Positions 17,077-27,700 of a stretch of 64,000 nucleotides of DNA are shown piece after piece. Positions within the stretch are counted from its first letter, which is position 1; the number at the start of each line of letters is the position of its first letter. Source of the stretch: Candidatus Saccharimonadales bacterium (GTDB lineage: Bacteria; Patescibacteriota; Saccharimonadia; Saccharimonadales; SZUA-47); the NCBI GenBank assembly GCA_041737385.1, contig JBGSRU010000001.1, positions 3,539 through 67,538 on the forward strand. Reading direction: 5' to 3'. The notes beneath the pieces were generated by a model. The model was not told where the DNA came from. It was given only the letters and a program-made list of their open reading frames with translations, and ran no database searches. The position numbers were made by a program, and so were the translations under genes.

Positions 17077-18835
17077 CTCTGTTAACTTCTGAAACGGTTG
17101 TCATGCCGCTTAATGCTTTTAAATATCCATCCTGACGCATCGTGATCATTCCTTCAGCTTGTGCTGCTCTCTGAATTTCCGAACTCGTCGATCGTTTCAA
17201 TATAAGATCTTGAATCGCATCCGACACTTCAAAAACCTCGTAAAGGCCCATTCTCCCCTTGTAGCCTTCTGGCGTATCAGGGCTAGACTTGCCTTTGAAT
17301 AAAGTATAAGCGTTTTGACCGTCTAGAGGCAAGTTAGAATATCCTAACTCACGGGCAACCTTTGCTACTTCTTCAGGTTTTTTAGGTAAAAGCGCACCAA
17401 GTGACGTCACGACAGCATCAGTTTCAGCCTTACTCGACTTATAGGCTTCTTTCTCTGCGACATTTCTTCTCACCAAACGCTGTCCAATAACGGTGTGGAC
17501 TGTACTGGCAATCAAGAAAGGCTCAATCCCCATATCGAGTAGACGAGGCAGAATACCGGCAGCGGAGTTGGTGTGTAGCGTGCTGAACACGAGGTGACCG
17601 GTTAACGCGGCCTGGACCGCAAGTGTCGCTGTTTCTTTGTCACGAATCTCACCAACCATAACAACGTCTGGATCTTGACGTAGAATAGACCTCAAACCTG
17701 AAGCAAATGTCAGCCCAACTTCAGCATTAACCTGTATCTGATTAATGCCGCTCATCTTATACTCAACGGGATCTTCAAGCGTGACAATGTTTATCTCGTC
17801 GCTCTTTATTTCCTGCAGAAGCGCATAAAGAGATGTAGATTTACCAGAACCAGTCGGTCCACTCGTCAATATCATACCGTTTGATTGCAGAAGCCCTTTA
17901 CGAATTGTACGTAGCGCCCTCCCAACATAACCCATATCTTCCAAATTCAAGGTGGTACCGCTCTTATCAAGAAGACGTATGACGACTTGCTCACCCCAAA
18001 CAACTGGCGATATAGCAATACGTAGATCGATCGACGACTCACCGGCTTTAATCGAGAACTGTCCATCTTGTGGAATACGGTGTTCATCAATCTTTAGGTT
18101 CGCTAGAATTTTTATACGAGATATAAGCGGTGCTTCTATAGACTTCGGTAGTGCCATAATTTCTCGTAAAACACCATCAACTCTTGCGCGAATCTTAAGC
18201 TGCGTTTCATTGGGTTCAATGTGGATATCACTCGCTTTATTCTTCGCAGCGTATTCTAGAATGCTTGAGAGTGCTTTACTAATCGGCGAATCTTGCGTAA
18301 TAGTTTTTACTGCTACTACTTGTTTGGCTTCGGCTTCGTCAATTTGCGCTTTGATCTGAGAGTCTAGCACGCTGCCCACATCATGGCCAATATCTGATTT
18401 ATACTGAGATAGTACGTTACGTATACCTTCTTCACTGGCTGTATATACTTTAAGTGGGCGCCCAATCTTGTTGCTCAGAAAATCAACTGCTTGTACATTA
18501 TCGGCGTCAAGCATTGCAACAACAAGCCGTGAATTCATCTCTCCAAGAGGTACCGCCATGTATCGTTCGGCTATTTCTTGTGGAAGCATAGATAATATTT
18601 TTGGATCAATATGTGCGGTCGTCAGATTAACATACGGCATTTTCGTAACATGCGCTATCGTTTTAGTCAGCGCTTCGTTCGTCAAGAATCCTTCAGATAT
18701 AAGTATCGAAAACAGCGGTGTGGTTTTTTGCTTAGCCTCTTCTTGTATCTCACGAAACTTCTCAGGAGTAAGTAGCCCTTGCTCAACAATAGCTTTCTCA
18801 ACCTGCTTCTGCACGACAGAAGACATGATACTCAT
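17054..18835 (-). CDS. pilB: T4P extension ATPase (GspE/PilB family)
   Basis: 593 aa, N-terminal GSPII domain, Walker A GPTGSGKSTS, ...GRMGLYEV...; overlaps the pilT start by 23 nt. Confidence 0.9.
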   Translation of the reverse strand: MSIMSSVVQKQVEKAIVEQGLLTPEKFREIQEEAKQKTTPLFSILISEGFLTNEALTKTIAHVTKMPYVNLTTAHIDPKILSMLPQEIAERYMAVPLGEMNSRLVVAMLDADNVQAVDFLSNKIGRPLKVYTASEEGIRNVLSQYKSDIGHDVGSVLDSQIKAQIDEAEAKQVVAVKTITQDSPISKALSSILEYAAKNKASDIHIEPNETQLKIRARVDGVLREIMALPKSIEAPLISRIKILANLKIDEHRIPQDGQFSIKAGESSIDLRIAISPVVWGEQVVIRLLDKSGTTLNLEDMGYVGRALRTIRKGLLQSNGMILTSGPTGSGKSTSLYALLQEIKSDEINIVTLEDPVEYKMSGINQIQVNAEVGLTFASGLRSILRQDPDVVMVGEIRDKETATLAVQAALTGHLVFSTLHTNSAAGILPRLLDMGIEPFLIASTVHTVIGQRLVRRNVAEKEAYKSSKAETDAVVTSLGALLPKKPEEVAKVARELGYSNLPLDGQNAYTLFKGKSSPDTPEGYKGRMGLYEVFEVSDAIQDLILKRSTSSEIQRAAQAEGMITMRQDGYLKALSGMTTVSEVNRVAAEGSS

Positions 18836-18856
18836 GAGCGTTCAAGCTCCATACAG

Positions 18857-19132
18857 CTATATGCCCTCAAATACAGATTCACCGTTTGATTGTCCACCAA
18901 ATGGATTACTATTCGGATCAGTTCCAACATCGATATTCTGTGCTGGATTAATTGCATCAGCGCTAAAATATACCTGAGTAGGTCGATCAAAAGTCGTTGC
19001 AATAGGCTCTACAACTTCGACGCTCTGTGCACGGTCTGAAGGTGTTGAAAAGAATATTCCCGACAAAATAATCGAAATCACACCACTAACTATTGCGACA
19101 ACCACAAGGATACCTATGTCTTTTGCCTTCAT
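18857..19132 (-). CDS. small membrane-anchored protein of the pilMNO block (function unknown)
   Basis: 91 aa, single N-terminal TM helix; abuts the PilO-like gene without a gap. Confidence 0.4.
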   Translation of the reverse strand: MKAKDIGILVVVAIVSGVISIILSGIFFSTPSDRAQSVEVVEPIATTFDRPTQVYFSADAINPAQNIDVGTDPNSNPFGGQSNGESVFEGI

Positions 19133-19822
19133 TTATTTGACCTCCTTTGTGCCAAGCTCAAATGTCTTAGGCTGTGTAAAAAAGGTGTGCAAACTAAGCC
19201 GCGTTTGCAGGATACTTTCACCTATCTGAATTTGCATATTATCTACATACATCGGTCGTATTGATTTCTCTAATGTCTCCAAAAGACGCTGTGTACCGTC
19301 GCTATTCGAGCTAACTGAAAACGCATAGGGCACTTCTACAGGTTGTGCTGTACCTGAAGCAGTTTCTCCACTAACAGCTAAACTCGTATCTTCTGTGCCT
19401 CCTATTGAATCAATATCGTAGCCACCATCTCTCAATATTTTTTCGAAGCTACTAGATAGTGCAGGATAATCATAGCTTCCTGGCAGAGCATCAAGAACAA
19501 GTTTAGCGTTTTTGCCGTCTAGTGGCCCCTCACCACTTGGATTTCCACCGAGGATGTTTATAGTTTCATCCTGGAACGCAGTGAATGACTTTTTGAGCTC
19601 TTCAAGTGATTGCTTATTATCTTCTAGCTGATCAAGCGCTTTTTCTTTCTCTGAGATAATGCGACCTTGATATAAACTCTGACTTATCAATGCCTTAGCG
19701 GCGAATGCACTAAAGACGAATACGAACGTTGCAAATGCAACTGCTAACAGCATGCGCTTATTGGCTTTATCAACAATCTCGTGTTTCACTGACTTCTGTG
19801 AACTAAATACTTTGTCCGGCAT
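19133..19822 (-). CDS. pilO: PilO-like T4P alignment protein
   Basis: N-terminal TM helix plus coiled coil (EKEKALDQLEDNKQSLEELKK); position after pilN. Confidence 0.5.
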   Translation of the reverse strand: MPDKVFSSQKSVKHEIVDKANKRMLLAVAFATFVFVFSAFAAKALISQSLYQGRIISEKEKALDQLEDNKQSLEELKKSFTAFQDETINILGGNPSGEGPLDGKNAKLVLDALPGSYDYPALSSSFEKILRDGGYDIDSIGGTEDTSLAVSGETASGTAQPVEVPYAFSVSSNSDGTQRLLETLEKSIRPMYVDNMQIQIGESILQTRLSLHTFFTQPKTFELGTKEVK

Positions 19823-20487
19823 TATTGTTGCACCCCGCTGTTATCAACCTTTGTTGTTACTGATTGATCTCCTAGATACATAACTATCTCTTTTGTGTTA
19901 TCAAATATTGTCTTGTCGAAAGTAAACTCTATCTTGAAACTCGCCGTATCATTGTCTCCGCTTAGCTGGGTTGCGACCTGCGTGAACGGAGCTAGCTTAG
20001 TTGCAGTGGCATTATCTTCATCTTGCACGACTACACTATATCTTGTCGCTTTTATGTTATCGACGAACTTGTTGATAGTTGCAATAGTATCCGCAGTTCC
20101 TTGCAGCGACATTGTGCCTGATGCTGAATCATAATCAAGCAACCCTACTTTAACTTGAAGTGGGCTCACAAATGGAATATAGGTAAATATTCGAGACGTT
20201 TTTGGTTTTTGCTCATGAAGTGACGGAAGCACGAGAAGTTGGTTCTGCACAGTGAGCAACTGGCCAAGGTTTTCTGTAGACTGGATAGCGTTTGCTTCCT
20301 TTTGAATATCGTCTGTTAGATCAGATATGTGTGCTTTTTGGGCTACCTGAACAATACTAAACAAAATCAAAACTATACCAGCTGATGCTGCTGATATAAC
20401 AAACGAACCGGTCATTATCAGCCGTTTTGTACGCTTGGCTTTGACGTATTCTTTCTTTACGTCAGGTAATAAGTTGAACTGAATCAT
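19822..20487 (-). CDS. pilN: PilN-like T4P alignment protein
   Basis: MIQFNLLPDVKKEY start (INLLP-type motif) followed by a TM helix; 1-nt overlap with the PilO-like gene. Confidence 0.65.
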   Translation of the reverse strand: MIQFNLLPDVKKEYVKAKRTKRLIMTGSFVISAASAGIVLILFSIVQVAQKAHISDLTDDIQKEANAIQSTENLGQLLTVQNQLLVLPSLHEQKPKTSRIFTYIPFVSPLQVKVGLLDYDSASGTMSLQGTADTIATINKFVDNIKATRYSVVVQDEDNATATKLAPFTQVATQLSGDNDTASFKIEFTFDKTIFDNTKEIVMYLGDQSVTTKVDNSGVQQ

Positions 20488-20492
20488 ACGGT

Positions 20493-21530
20493 CTATTCTT
20501 GCCTCTCTGCTAAGCCGGTTGCGACTGCAAAACGGCTCGATACTGCGAGTAATTCATTTTGTTTTTGGGCAGGAAATGTCGCGTTTCGCCACGAATTACC
20601 AATCTCGACACTAATACCAAACTTATTAGCTATAGTCAGCGGGAATTCAGGTAGGGTTGACGCACCGCCAGTGACAAGTACACGCTCAATTTTGCTATTT
20701 GGATAACGAGTGTTGAAGAATTTGATGGATTTTTCAATTTCAGCGAGCAGAACATCAACTGTTCCGCTAATTGCGTTGAATATCTGTCCTTCGAGCTTGT
20801 CTTTGCTCATACCAAATTTGAACACAAACTGTTGCGCTTGTTTCTCATCGATACCAAGTGACTGTTGAGCTGACTTAATGATTCCTTCTATGCCAACCGG
20901 TATTGATCTAATCAGTCGAGGCGCATCGTTAAGCGTGATAATCAGGTCCGTTGCGATATCGCCCATATCTAGAATAAGTGTTGCTGAAGCAGCATTTGGA
21001 GCAAGTAACGACCGTGTAATAGCGAGGCTATCTGGCTCAAAAGCAATCACATTTAGGCCGATTGATTCTAAGAGATCGAGTCGTTGCTCAATAAAATTGT
21101 TGCTAACACTCGATAATAATAACTCAACCTTACTTGCTTCTTTTGGTGAATCACCAAGTAGCGCCCAATCAACTTTTGATTCTGTTAGAGGAGTAGGAAT
21201 CAATGAATCTGCTTGGAACCTAATGGTTTTTTCTAGTTCTGCAGGACTGAGTCTATCTACGTCAACAACAGTACTAAACACCTTCTGAGAAGGCAGACCA
21301 ACCGCGACGTTTGGTGTTGATATATTAGCTTGTTTGATTACCTCCTTGATCGCTGCTGCTAACTTCTGTTGATCGACATTTGCATCACTACGAGATATCC
21401 TTGGATCAATCTCAATAGAACCATAGTTAACTAAAACTTTAGTCTTTCCACCCCGCATCTGTACCACCCTGATTGCAGTTGTACCGATGTCGAGCCCGAA
21501 GAAATCAGATCCTATCGATAATATGCCCAT
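20493..21530 (-). CDS. pilM: PilM actin-like ATPase of the T4P alignment complex
   Basis: GLDIGTTAIRVVQM phosphate-1 motif, ILDMGDIATD, VLVTGGAS; 345 aa. Confidence 0.85.
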   Translation of the reverse strand: MGILSIGSDFFGLDIGTTAIRVVQMRGGKTKVLVNYGSIEIDPRISRSDANVDQQKLAAAIKEVIKQANISTPNVAVGLPSQKVFSTVVDVDRLSPAELEKTIRFQADSLIPTPLTESKVDWALLGDSPKEASKVELLLSSVSNNFIEQRLDLLESIGLNVIAFEPDSLAITRSLLAPNAASATLILDMGDIATDLIITLNDAPRLIRSIPVGIEGIIKSAQQSLGIDEKQAQQFVFKFGMSKDKLEGQIFNAISGTVDVLLAEIEKSIKFFNTRYPNSKIERVLVTGGASTLPEFPLTIANKFGISVEIGNSWRNATFPAQKQNELLAVSSRFAVATGLAERQE

Positions 21531-21589
21531 AACTTGTGTTTAATTATACTGCATATGTTTATATTTAGCACCCAATTTGTAAAACTTTT

Positions 21590-24157
21590 TTACAATGCTG
21601 GCGGGAGAGACAAGATCGAATCAAATCTACCACCGTATTCGTCTTGGTTTACAGATAGCAGTGCAAGATAAAATTCTGGTGAAAAACGAAACACTTCAGC
21701 GATGTTGGTTGAGGTGTATGGTTCCGGTATGTCGCTCGCATAGGCAACATTTCCTACTGTTCTATTGAGGTTAACTCGCTGCGCAATAAATGCTCCTATA
21801 ACCGTTAGCTTATTGCCACAAGTGGCAACTGCAGTTGAGCAAGTATTGATTGTGTCCTTGGTGGCATAGAGCCCGTTAAGCGCAGAAACGCTTCCATCGA
21901 TAGTAATTTTGCCCGTTGCGTAAAGTCTTAACAGTGGTATATTTTCAATTTCGGTTCCCCAACCACCTGTAACGCCTTCATAGAGGATATCTCCTTGTAT
22001 TGTCACGTCACCGTCAACAACTAGAGTGACTTGGGATCCTACCAAAACACTACTGGCAGCAAGGACTATTGACCTATCCGCAAAATAATTACCATCTAAA
22101 CCAGTTAGCGTGTTCGAAGTTAGCGCATCAAAGTCACTTGCGTCTGGGAATTCATCAGCACACAGCGCACTACCGAATCCACCACCGAACTCCAAAGGCC
22201 CTGTAGCCGCAGCAGTGTTAGCGAAAGACAGCGCTGAAGTCGACACCCAGCTTATATTTTGCGATCCAGGCAACACACCTTGTATGCGCCCAGTCGCAAA
22301 CACCGCGAGCTCAGAAGCAGAACCTTTATAGTTGGCGTGGCTGTTTGTATTGTTTACGAATAGTCCGTTGGCTTCAGCGTTCGCACTGCCCGCAGCAACA
22401 CACGTTGAGCCATATGAACCACCGGCAAAAACATCGTTTCCGTAGAACCGTACGTATGGTTTCGACCTGACTTGCACTTCATAATCTCCGCAAGTAAATG
22501 GGGCTGAAGTAATGCCGCTGAGCCCAGCGCGAGCAGCAAATGTCCCCGTCGTAGTCGCGACAATACCCCTCTTATACATAAAGAATGGTCCCCTGGCACT
22601 TGCACTGCTGATACTGCCCGATAAAGTCGAAGCATCCTCTACCGTTTGTGATACGTACATCGGACCATTATAAAATCCAGCAAAATCAAGCTTCGTTGAG
22701 TAAGTATACGCAGGGATACTTCCACCTAAAGATTGCGATAGTTCGAATGCAAAGGTTGCGTTAAATGGCTCGCCTAACCAAACGGCGGTTGGCGTGAGAT
22801 AACTACAAGTGAGCGTAGTACAAGCAGTAGCCGTCGTCACGATATCGGTGGTAACTTCACGCCCACCGGCTTCAGTATCGATGGCTTTAACTTGGAAGTT
22901 ATGTTGTCTTACATCAACCCATGATTCGATACTAAAATCACCATTTCCAGGCGATTGACCTGTTTTACGATAAACTCCTGATTGTTCAACCCCGTCGACA
23001 ATGAGGACAACAGTGATTACTGCACCTGCATCATCATCAGTTATCTGGTAGTTAAGTGTGCTACACGATGGAATACCAGAAATAGCGACACTAACTGGTG
23101 CATTGTACACTCTCACACAACGTACCGGGCCTGCCCTTGCACCTGTTGAAGTAATTGTTAGAGATGGAGTTGATACACCTTGGAATGGTTCTATTATCGC
23201 CCTAAAACAAACTTCTGTGTCGTTACTTAAAGTAGTAGGCAAAGTGTAGCTAGAGCTAAATGAGCTTGACGTAGCTCCTCCACCTAGCCCAGCTCCAGAA
23301 CTGTTTTGTATAGCTGACCAACTATCACCTCCAGCGTTCTGCTGGAAAGTATAGACATAATTAGCTCCCGTACCGTCACCATCATTTTTCACTGTACCTG
23401 CGAGATTAACCGTACTTCCATAATCAACTCGTGGATACGGTGAAGAGCTGCCGGTTGAGCTTGCAGTAAAAGCTTCGTGTTTATATTCCCAATTCTGCGG
23501 CAGAAATACGTTTAAATAGAAATCAAACCCAGAGAAACCAGACGAAGGACAGCTACCAAAATCGCTTTGATTACTTGGCGAGCCCGGATTACCAACGCAC
23601 CTGAATGTAGAGCTTATACTATAACGATGTATTCTTTTATCTGACACTTCTAATCTGTAGTATCCACTCGTCACAAATCCACCCGTAGGTGCGGTATATG
23701 TAAAGGTTGTTTGATTGGTCGCCCAGTATCCTTCTGCATCTACGGCGTAGGCGTATGCCAGCTGGACATTATTTAGGCTTGGCGTATTGGGTGATGTTGT
23801 AATGATGCCGTTATTAGTTGTCTGTAGCCCCCCAAGAATACCAGCTCTACATACTATCATAGCGACGTTATACTGCAACGTGACACTTGTCTGCCCGCTC
23901 GGCACATCAATAACGGTTGCGTCCGGATCGCCTGCAACCGACAACCAACTTATTTGCGCAACACCATTATTTGTGCCACCACAATCAAGCAAGTAGGATC
24001 TAATGCTTGCTGGCATTGCTCCACCAGTCGGATAGTTCTCAGCAACAGGCGCAGCGCTGACCGATTTTGTAGAAAATAACAGTATGGTAAGAAACAACAT
24101 AATACTCGCAAAAAATGCGTATTTTAACTTGTTGTTAAGTACTTTTTCGTAGATCAT
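21590..24157 (-). CDS. large secreted protein, paralog of 24724..28335 (putative pilus-associated surface protein/adhesin)
   Basis: 855 aa, signal peptide ...STKSVSA|AP; C-terminal ~300 aa alignable to the 1203-aa neighbour (KPYVRFYGNDVFAGGSYGSTC ... NIAEVFRFSPEFYLALLSV ... LSLPPAL). Confidence 0.6.
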   Translation of the reverse strand: MIYEKVLNNKLKYAFFASIMLFLTILLFSTKSVSAAPVAENYPTGGAMPASIRSYLLDCGGTNNGVAQISWLSVAGDPDATVIDVPSGQTSVTLQYNVAMIVCRAGILGGLQTTNNGIITTSPNTPSLNNVQLAYAYAVDAEGYWATNQTTFTYTAPTGGFVTSGYYRLEVSDKRIHRYSISSTFRCVGNPGSPSNQSDFGSCPSSGFSGFDFYLNVFLPQNWEYKHEAFTASSTGSSSPYPRVDYGSTVNLAGTVKNDGDGTGANYVYTFQQNAGGDSWSAIQNSSGAGLGGGATSSSFSSSYTLPTTLSNDTEVCFRAIIEPFQGVSTPSLTITSTGARAGPVRCVRVYNAPVSVAISGIPSCSTLNYQITDDDAGAVITVVLIVDGVEQSGVYRKTGQSPGNGDFSIESWVDVRQHNFQVKAIDTEAGGREVTTDIVTTATACTTLTCSYLTPTAVWLGEPFNATFAFELSQSLGGSIPAYTYSTKLDFAGFYNGPMYVSQTVEDASTLSGSISSASARGPFFMYKRGIVATTTGTFAARAGLSGITSAPFTCGDYEVQVRSKPYVRFYGNDVFAGGSYGSTCVAAGSANAEANGLFVNNTNSHANYKGSASELAVFATGRIQGVLPGSQNISWVSTSALSFANTAAATGPLEFGGGFGSALCADEFPDASDFDALTSNTLTGLDGNYFADRSIVLAASSVLVGSQVTLVVDGDVTIQGDILYEGVTGGWGTEIENIPLLRLYATGKITIDGSVSALNGLYATKDTINTCSTAVATCGNKLTVIGAFIAQRVNLNRTVGNVAYASDIPEPYTSTNIAEVFRFSPEFYLALLSVNQDEYGGRFDSILSLPPAL

Positions 24158-24672
24158 GGATTAAAGCTACTCCCGTTGCCATATACTTCGTCTCTAGCCT
24201 TAGAAACCCCTTCAAGCAAATCTTCTAGCTGAGCCAAGCTCAGTGAGTTAACAATATTCTTTTGATACAAACTTTCAGCGCTATTTTTAGAACTCAGTAA
24301 TTCAAACGCTCCTTTTGCATTATCCCAGTCAGTCTTATTTGCATAATAAAACGACTCGATATACAGGCAACTTGCACTGTCGTTATGTTCGGTGGTTTGC
24401 TTACTTTGTTTTAGCTGCTGCGCTAGAATTTCATCGTTCGTAGTAGCGAATAGTTGCGCCTGAGAAACTTCGCTATAGTTTTCTAGTACCGGACAGATGT
24501 TATCAGCTACTTCTGTTATAGCCTCACTGGAAATTTCATCATTTTTGCTTGGATCCTGTAGCTGTCCGAGAGCTAAAAACCCAAACAAAATGATTGTCAC
24601 TGCAAGCACTGAATACAACCAGTTTTTCTTTGAGCTATCAGGATTAGTAACCATAACCTTTATCATAGACAA
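24154..24672 (-). CDS. small membrane-anchored acidic protein, partner of the 855-aa protein
   Basis: 172 aa, one TM helix; its stop overlaps the downstream start (ATGA); weak similarity to 28316..28810 (SASCLYIESFYYA vs YSSCIYYAELAG). Confidence 0.5.
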   Translation of the reverse strand: MSMIKVMVTNPDSSKKNWLYSVLAVTIILFGFLALGQLQDPSKNDEISSEAITEVADNICPVLENYSEVSQAQLFATTNDEILAQQLKQSKQTTEHNDSASCLYIESFYYANKTDWDNAKGAFELLSSKNSAESLYQKNIVNSLSLAQLEDLLEGVSKARDEVYGNGSSFNP

Positions 24673-24723
24673 TTTAACTGTAAAATGAAACTGTTATGTT
24701 AAGGAATAAGCCAACTAAACCAG

Positions 24724-27700
24724 TTACAATGCTGGAGGCAAAGTGAGTAGTGCATCGAACCTACCTTCGCCGCCACCGACAGACAATAGGGCGAGATATA
24801 GTTCTGGTGAGAATCTAAATACTTCAGCAATATTTGAAGATGTATATGACTCAGTTGGAGATCCAGGCACCACTCCGTCATTTATTATACTTAGGTTGTA
24901 ACACATCCCCCAGCCTACGTCTACTCCTGGTATACTTGGGGAGCTATTGATTCTAATCTTGTCTACGCTCTGAACCGCTATTATATTATCACCTACCCTG
25001 AGTAGGGTTTTTGCTGGGAAAGTAGTGTTAGTTGCTGTGACAGTATTGTTTTGGGTAACTGCTTCTTGACCGTTTATATACACACGATACCAATCATCAG
25101 CAATCACAAACAGACTCAGATTTGACCCAGATAGTTGCAGTGAATCATACTGCGCTTGAGTCAAATTAAACTTGTTACGCACTAATGAATAGCCATTACT
25201 CTGGCTAAATGGTGCTCCAGCAGAAGTCCCATTTCTCTCCCACAGCACATTTTGATTTCTACCATCATAGTTAGCGTCAGGATAGTTGCTGTCTCGATTA
25301 GACACCGGTACATTTGCCCATATTCTATCTAAAGGATTACCATTGTAAGTACATGCATCAAGTTTGCTGCTATTCGAACCGCCAACTCCGCCTGGCGTAA
25401 ATTGACCTGCGTTAAAGCTCGGGCTGTTAGATGACCAGCCACCAAAAGCATCAGCCTTAAACCAAGCCCCATCGCCTGCGTCTATATAACTAAACAACAT
25501 TTTTGTGCTATCGCATAGGCCAAATTGTTTATCAAATTTATTCTCCGAAGGTTTATAAGGAGAAGATTTAGGTCTAGACCCAGATCCAGTGTTAGTTATG
25601 CAGGTCCCCCAATTTTCCATTTCTGATATATAGTTAGGTGTTTCCTGTAAGCCTATCCACTTCGCTTCCATGGAGCTTATATCTCCGCTATCTGAAAGAT
25701 TCGTAACTGTAGGTGCGCTTATTGTCGGCTGAGCGGGTATATAGCCTCCGATATTACCTGCTACCCGCAAAAGATGGACTCGCTTAGAAATAAATGCTCC
25801 GTTAATAGTCAGGTTGCGTCCACAATGTGTTGCAACTGCTGACTGATTAAGTGATGGATAGACAAGGTTAAGCCCTGCATTAAAGAATGAGCAAGTGTGT
25901 ATTTCTCCGCTTGGCGTCGGAGCAGTTGTTGGATTCTGAACCGCCACATACATACCGTCTATCTGCGTGACGTTATCATCAACATACATGTTACCTCGAG
26001 TTACCACTTTAACCAGAGGAATATCGTCAATGGTTGCCCATGGGCCAGGAGCGTAAGCAATAGAAGTTGCACCAGCAACATTTCCTATCACAGTTGTCCC
26101 GTCGACATATAGCGTGACTCTTTTCCCTGCCGGTACCTGCCCACTTGCAAATATGTGTAGCTGCCCACTGAATTGATAAACACCGCTTGGTAGAGTGCTG
26201 ACGTCAACGCGCTGTGCTCCTGGATTTCCAGCATAACTATCACTCGTTATGTTTGGAGAAGCTAACCTAGTTATAGTTGTAGGTTTCTCTGCCCAATAAT
26301 CATCCGCGCAAAGCGTGTTGCCGAAATAACCACCAAATGGCTTAGAGCCAGACCCAACTGCAGTATTTGCGAAACTGAGCGCAGTAACAGAAGACCTAGT
26401 CGTGTCCTCCGATCCTGGAAGCACTCCATCTATTTGACCGATCGCAAATATTGCAAGCTCTGATGCTGCCCCTGTATAAGTTGAGTGATTTGCAGGAGTA
26501 CCGAATAATCCATTACCTCTTGCGCTAGCGGACCCAGCGACAGTACATGTCGAGCCGTAAGAGCCTCCAGCAAACACATCATTGCCGTAAAACTTTACAT
26601 ACGGCTTAGAAGTAACGTCAATAGCTCCTGGTCCTCCTGGTCCTCCTGGTCCTCCAGACCCACAATCGCCAATAGCCGGCATATTTATATTTGGGCCAAC
26701 ATAATTTGTGACATCCCAACGAAGGCCGAACAAACCAGTAGTTGAAATATTAAGCGGTGTATTTGAGCGAACAATCATCGTGCCCCCTGCTGGGATAGTT
26801 TGGGGATAAGCTAGATACGTGGAAGTATACGGGTTGCCGTTACCAGTCAGAATTGGCGTTGTAGGGGGGGGTGTATAGACAGTGTAGGTTGCCGGTCCGG
26901 CGACCGGTATCGTAGTCGTCGTATTGTTTCGTAAAGAAACTTGAATATAGAAATCTTGTCCAGCTGTTACGGATATTGTACTTATTTCACACTCAGCTAT
27001 CGGGATACATATATATTCTGCGTTTAATGGGAATGTACCGCCATTTTCATCTGTTATAGTACCCGACACTGTTCGTGTTTCTGCCGCCCCATCGTAGTTC
27101 GGGATAAATAGACCGTCCGGAGGTAGTGGAGCAACAGTAATATCTCCCGTACCCGTTCCTGACACGTTGGTTGTTCCGCCTTGCCTACTAACCGCTAAGG
27201 CTACCGTCACATTTCCCCCATCAGGATGTGATGCGGTTAAGCTCTTGATGAAGAAGCGTCCACCGTTTGGTGTGCAAGAAATAGTGATAGTTCCCGTCGG
27301 CGGCGATCTACCGCAGTCGCCTAACAGTGCTGCACTGGGTAGAATCTGTACAGCTTCGATAGCTGGCAATGCACTAGTTCGTAATGTATAGATAGTATTT
27401 GCAGTAAGATTGTCTCGGATATCTTTGTATTGATTATTGCCAGTTGCCCCGTGTATTATACTTCTGCCACCTCCAGAAATTGTGACAGTCTGTCCTGCTT
27501 GATCGAAGTCGTAAAGACTTAAGATACCCTCTGCGGCGCACGCACTTTGAAAGGTTGCGGTGTGTACATGGGTTTCTCCTGGTGAGCCATAAAATGAGCT
27601 ATACACCCAACTCGTGTATAGTGAATTGAGCGGTGGCTCCAACCAATCAGCTGTTCTTGCCCCAGGACAGCTAATAGGATAAGCACTACTGCTGCATGGC

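Noticed and set aside
24724-24745. LPPAL as a sortase LPXTG-type sorting signal
   Set aside because: The motif is the literal C-terminus. The hydrophobic TM segment and basic tail that follow LPXTG signals are absent, and no sortase gene is in the window.
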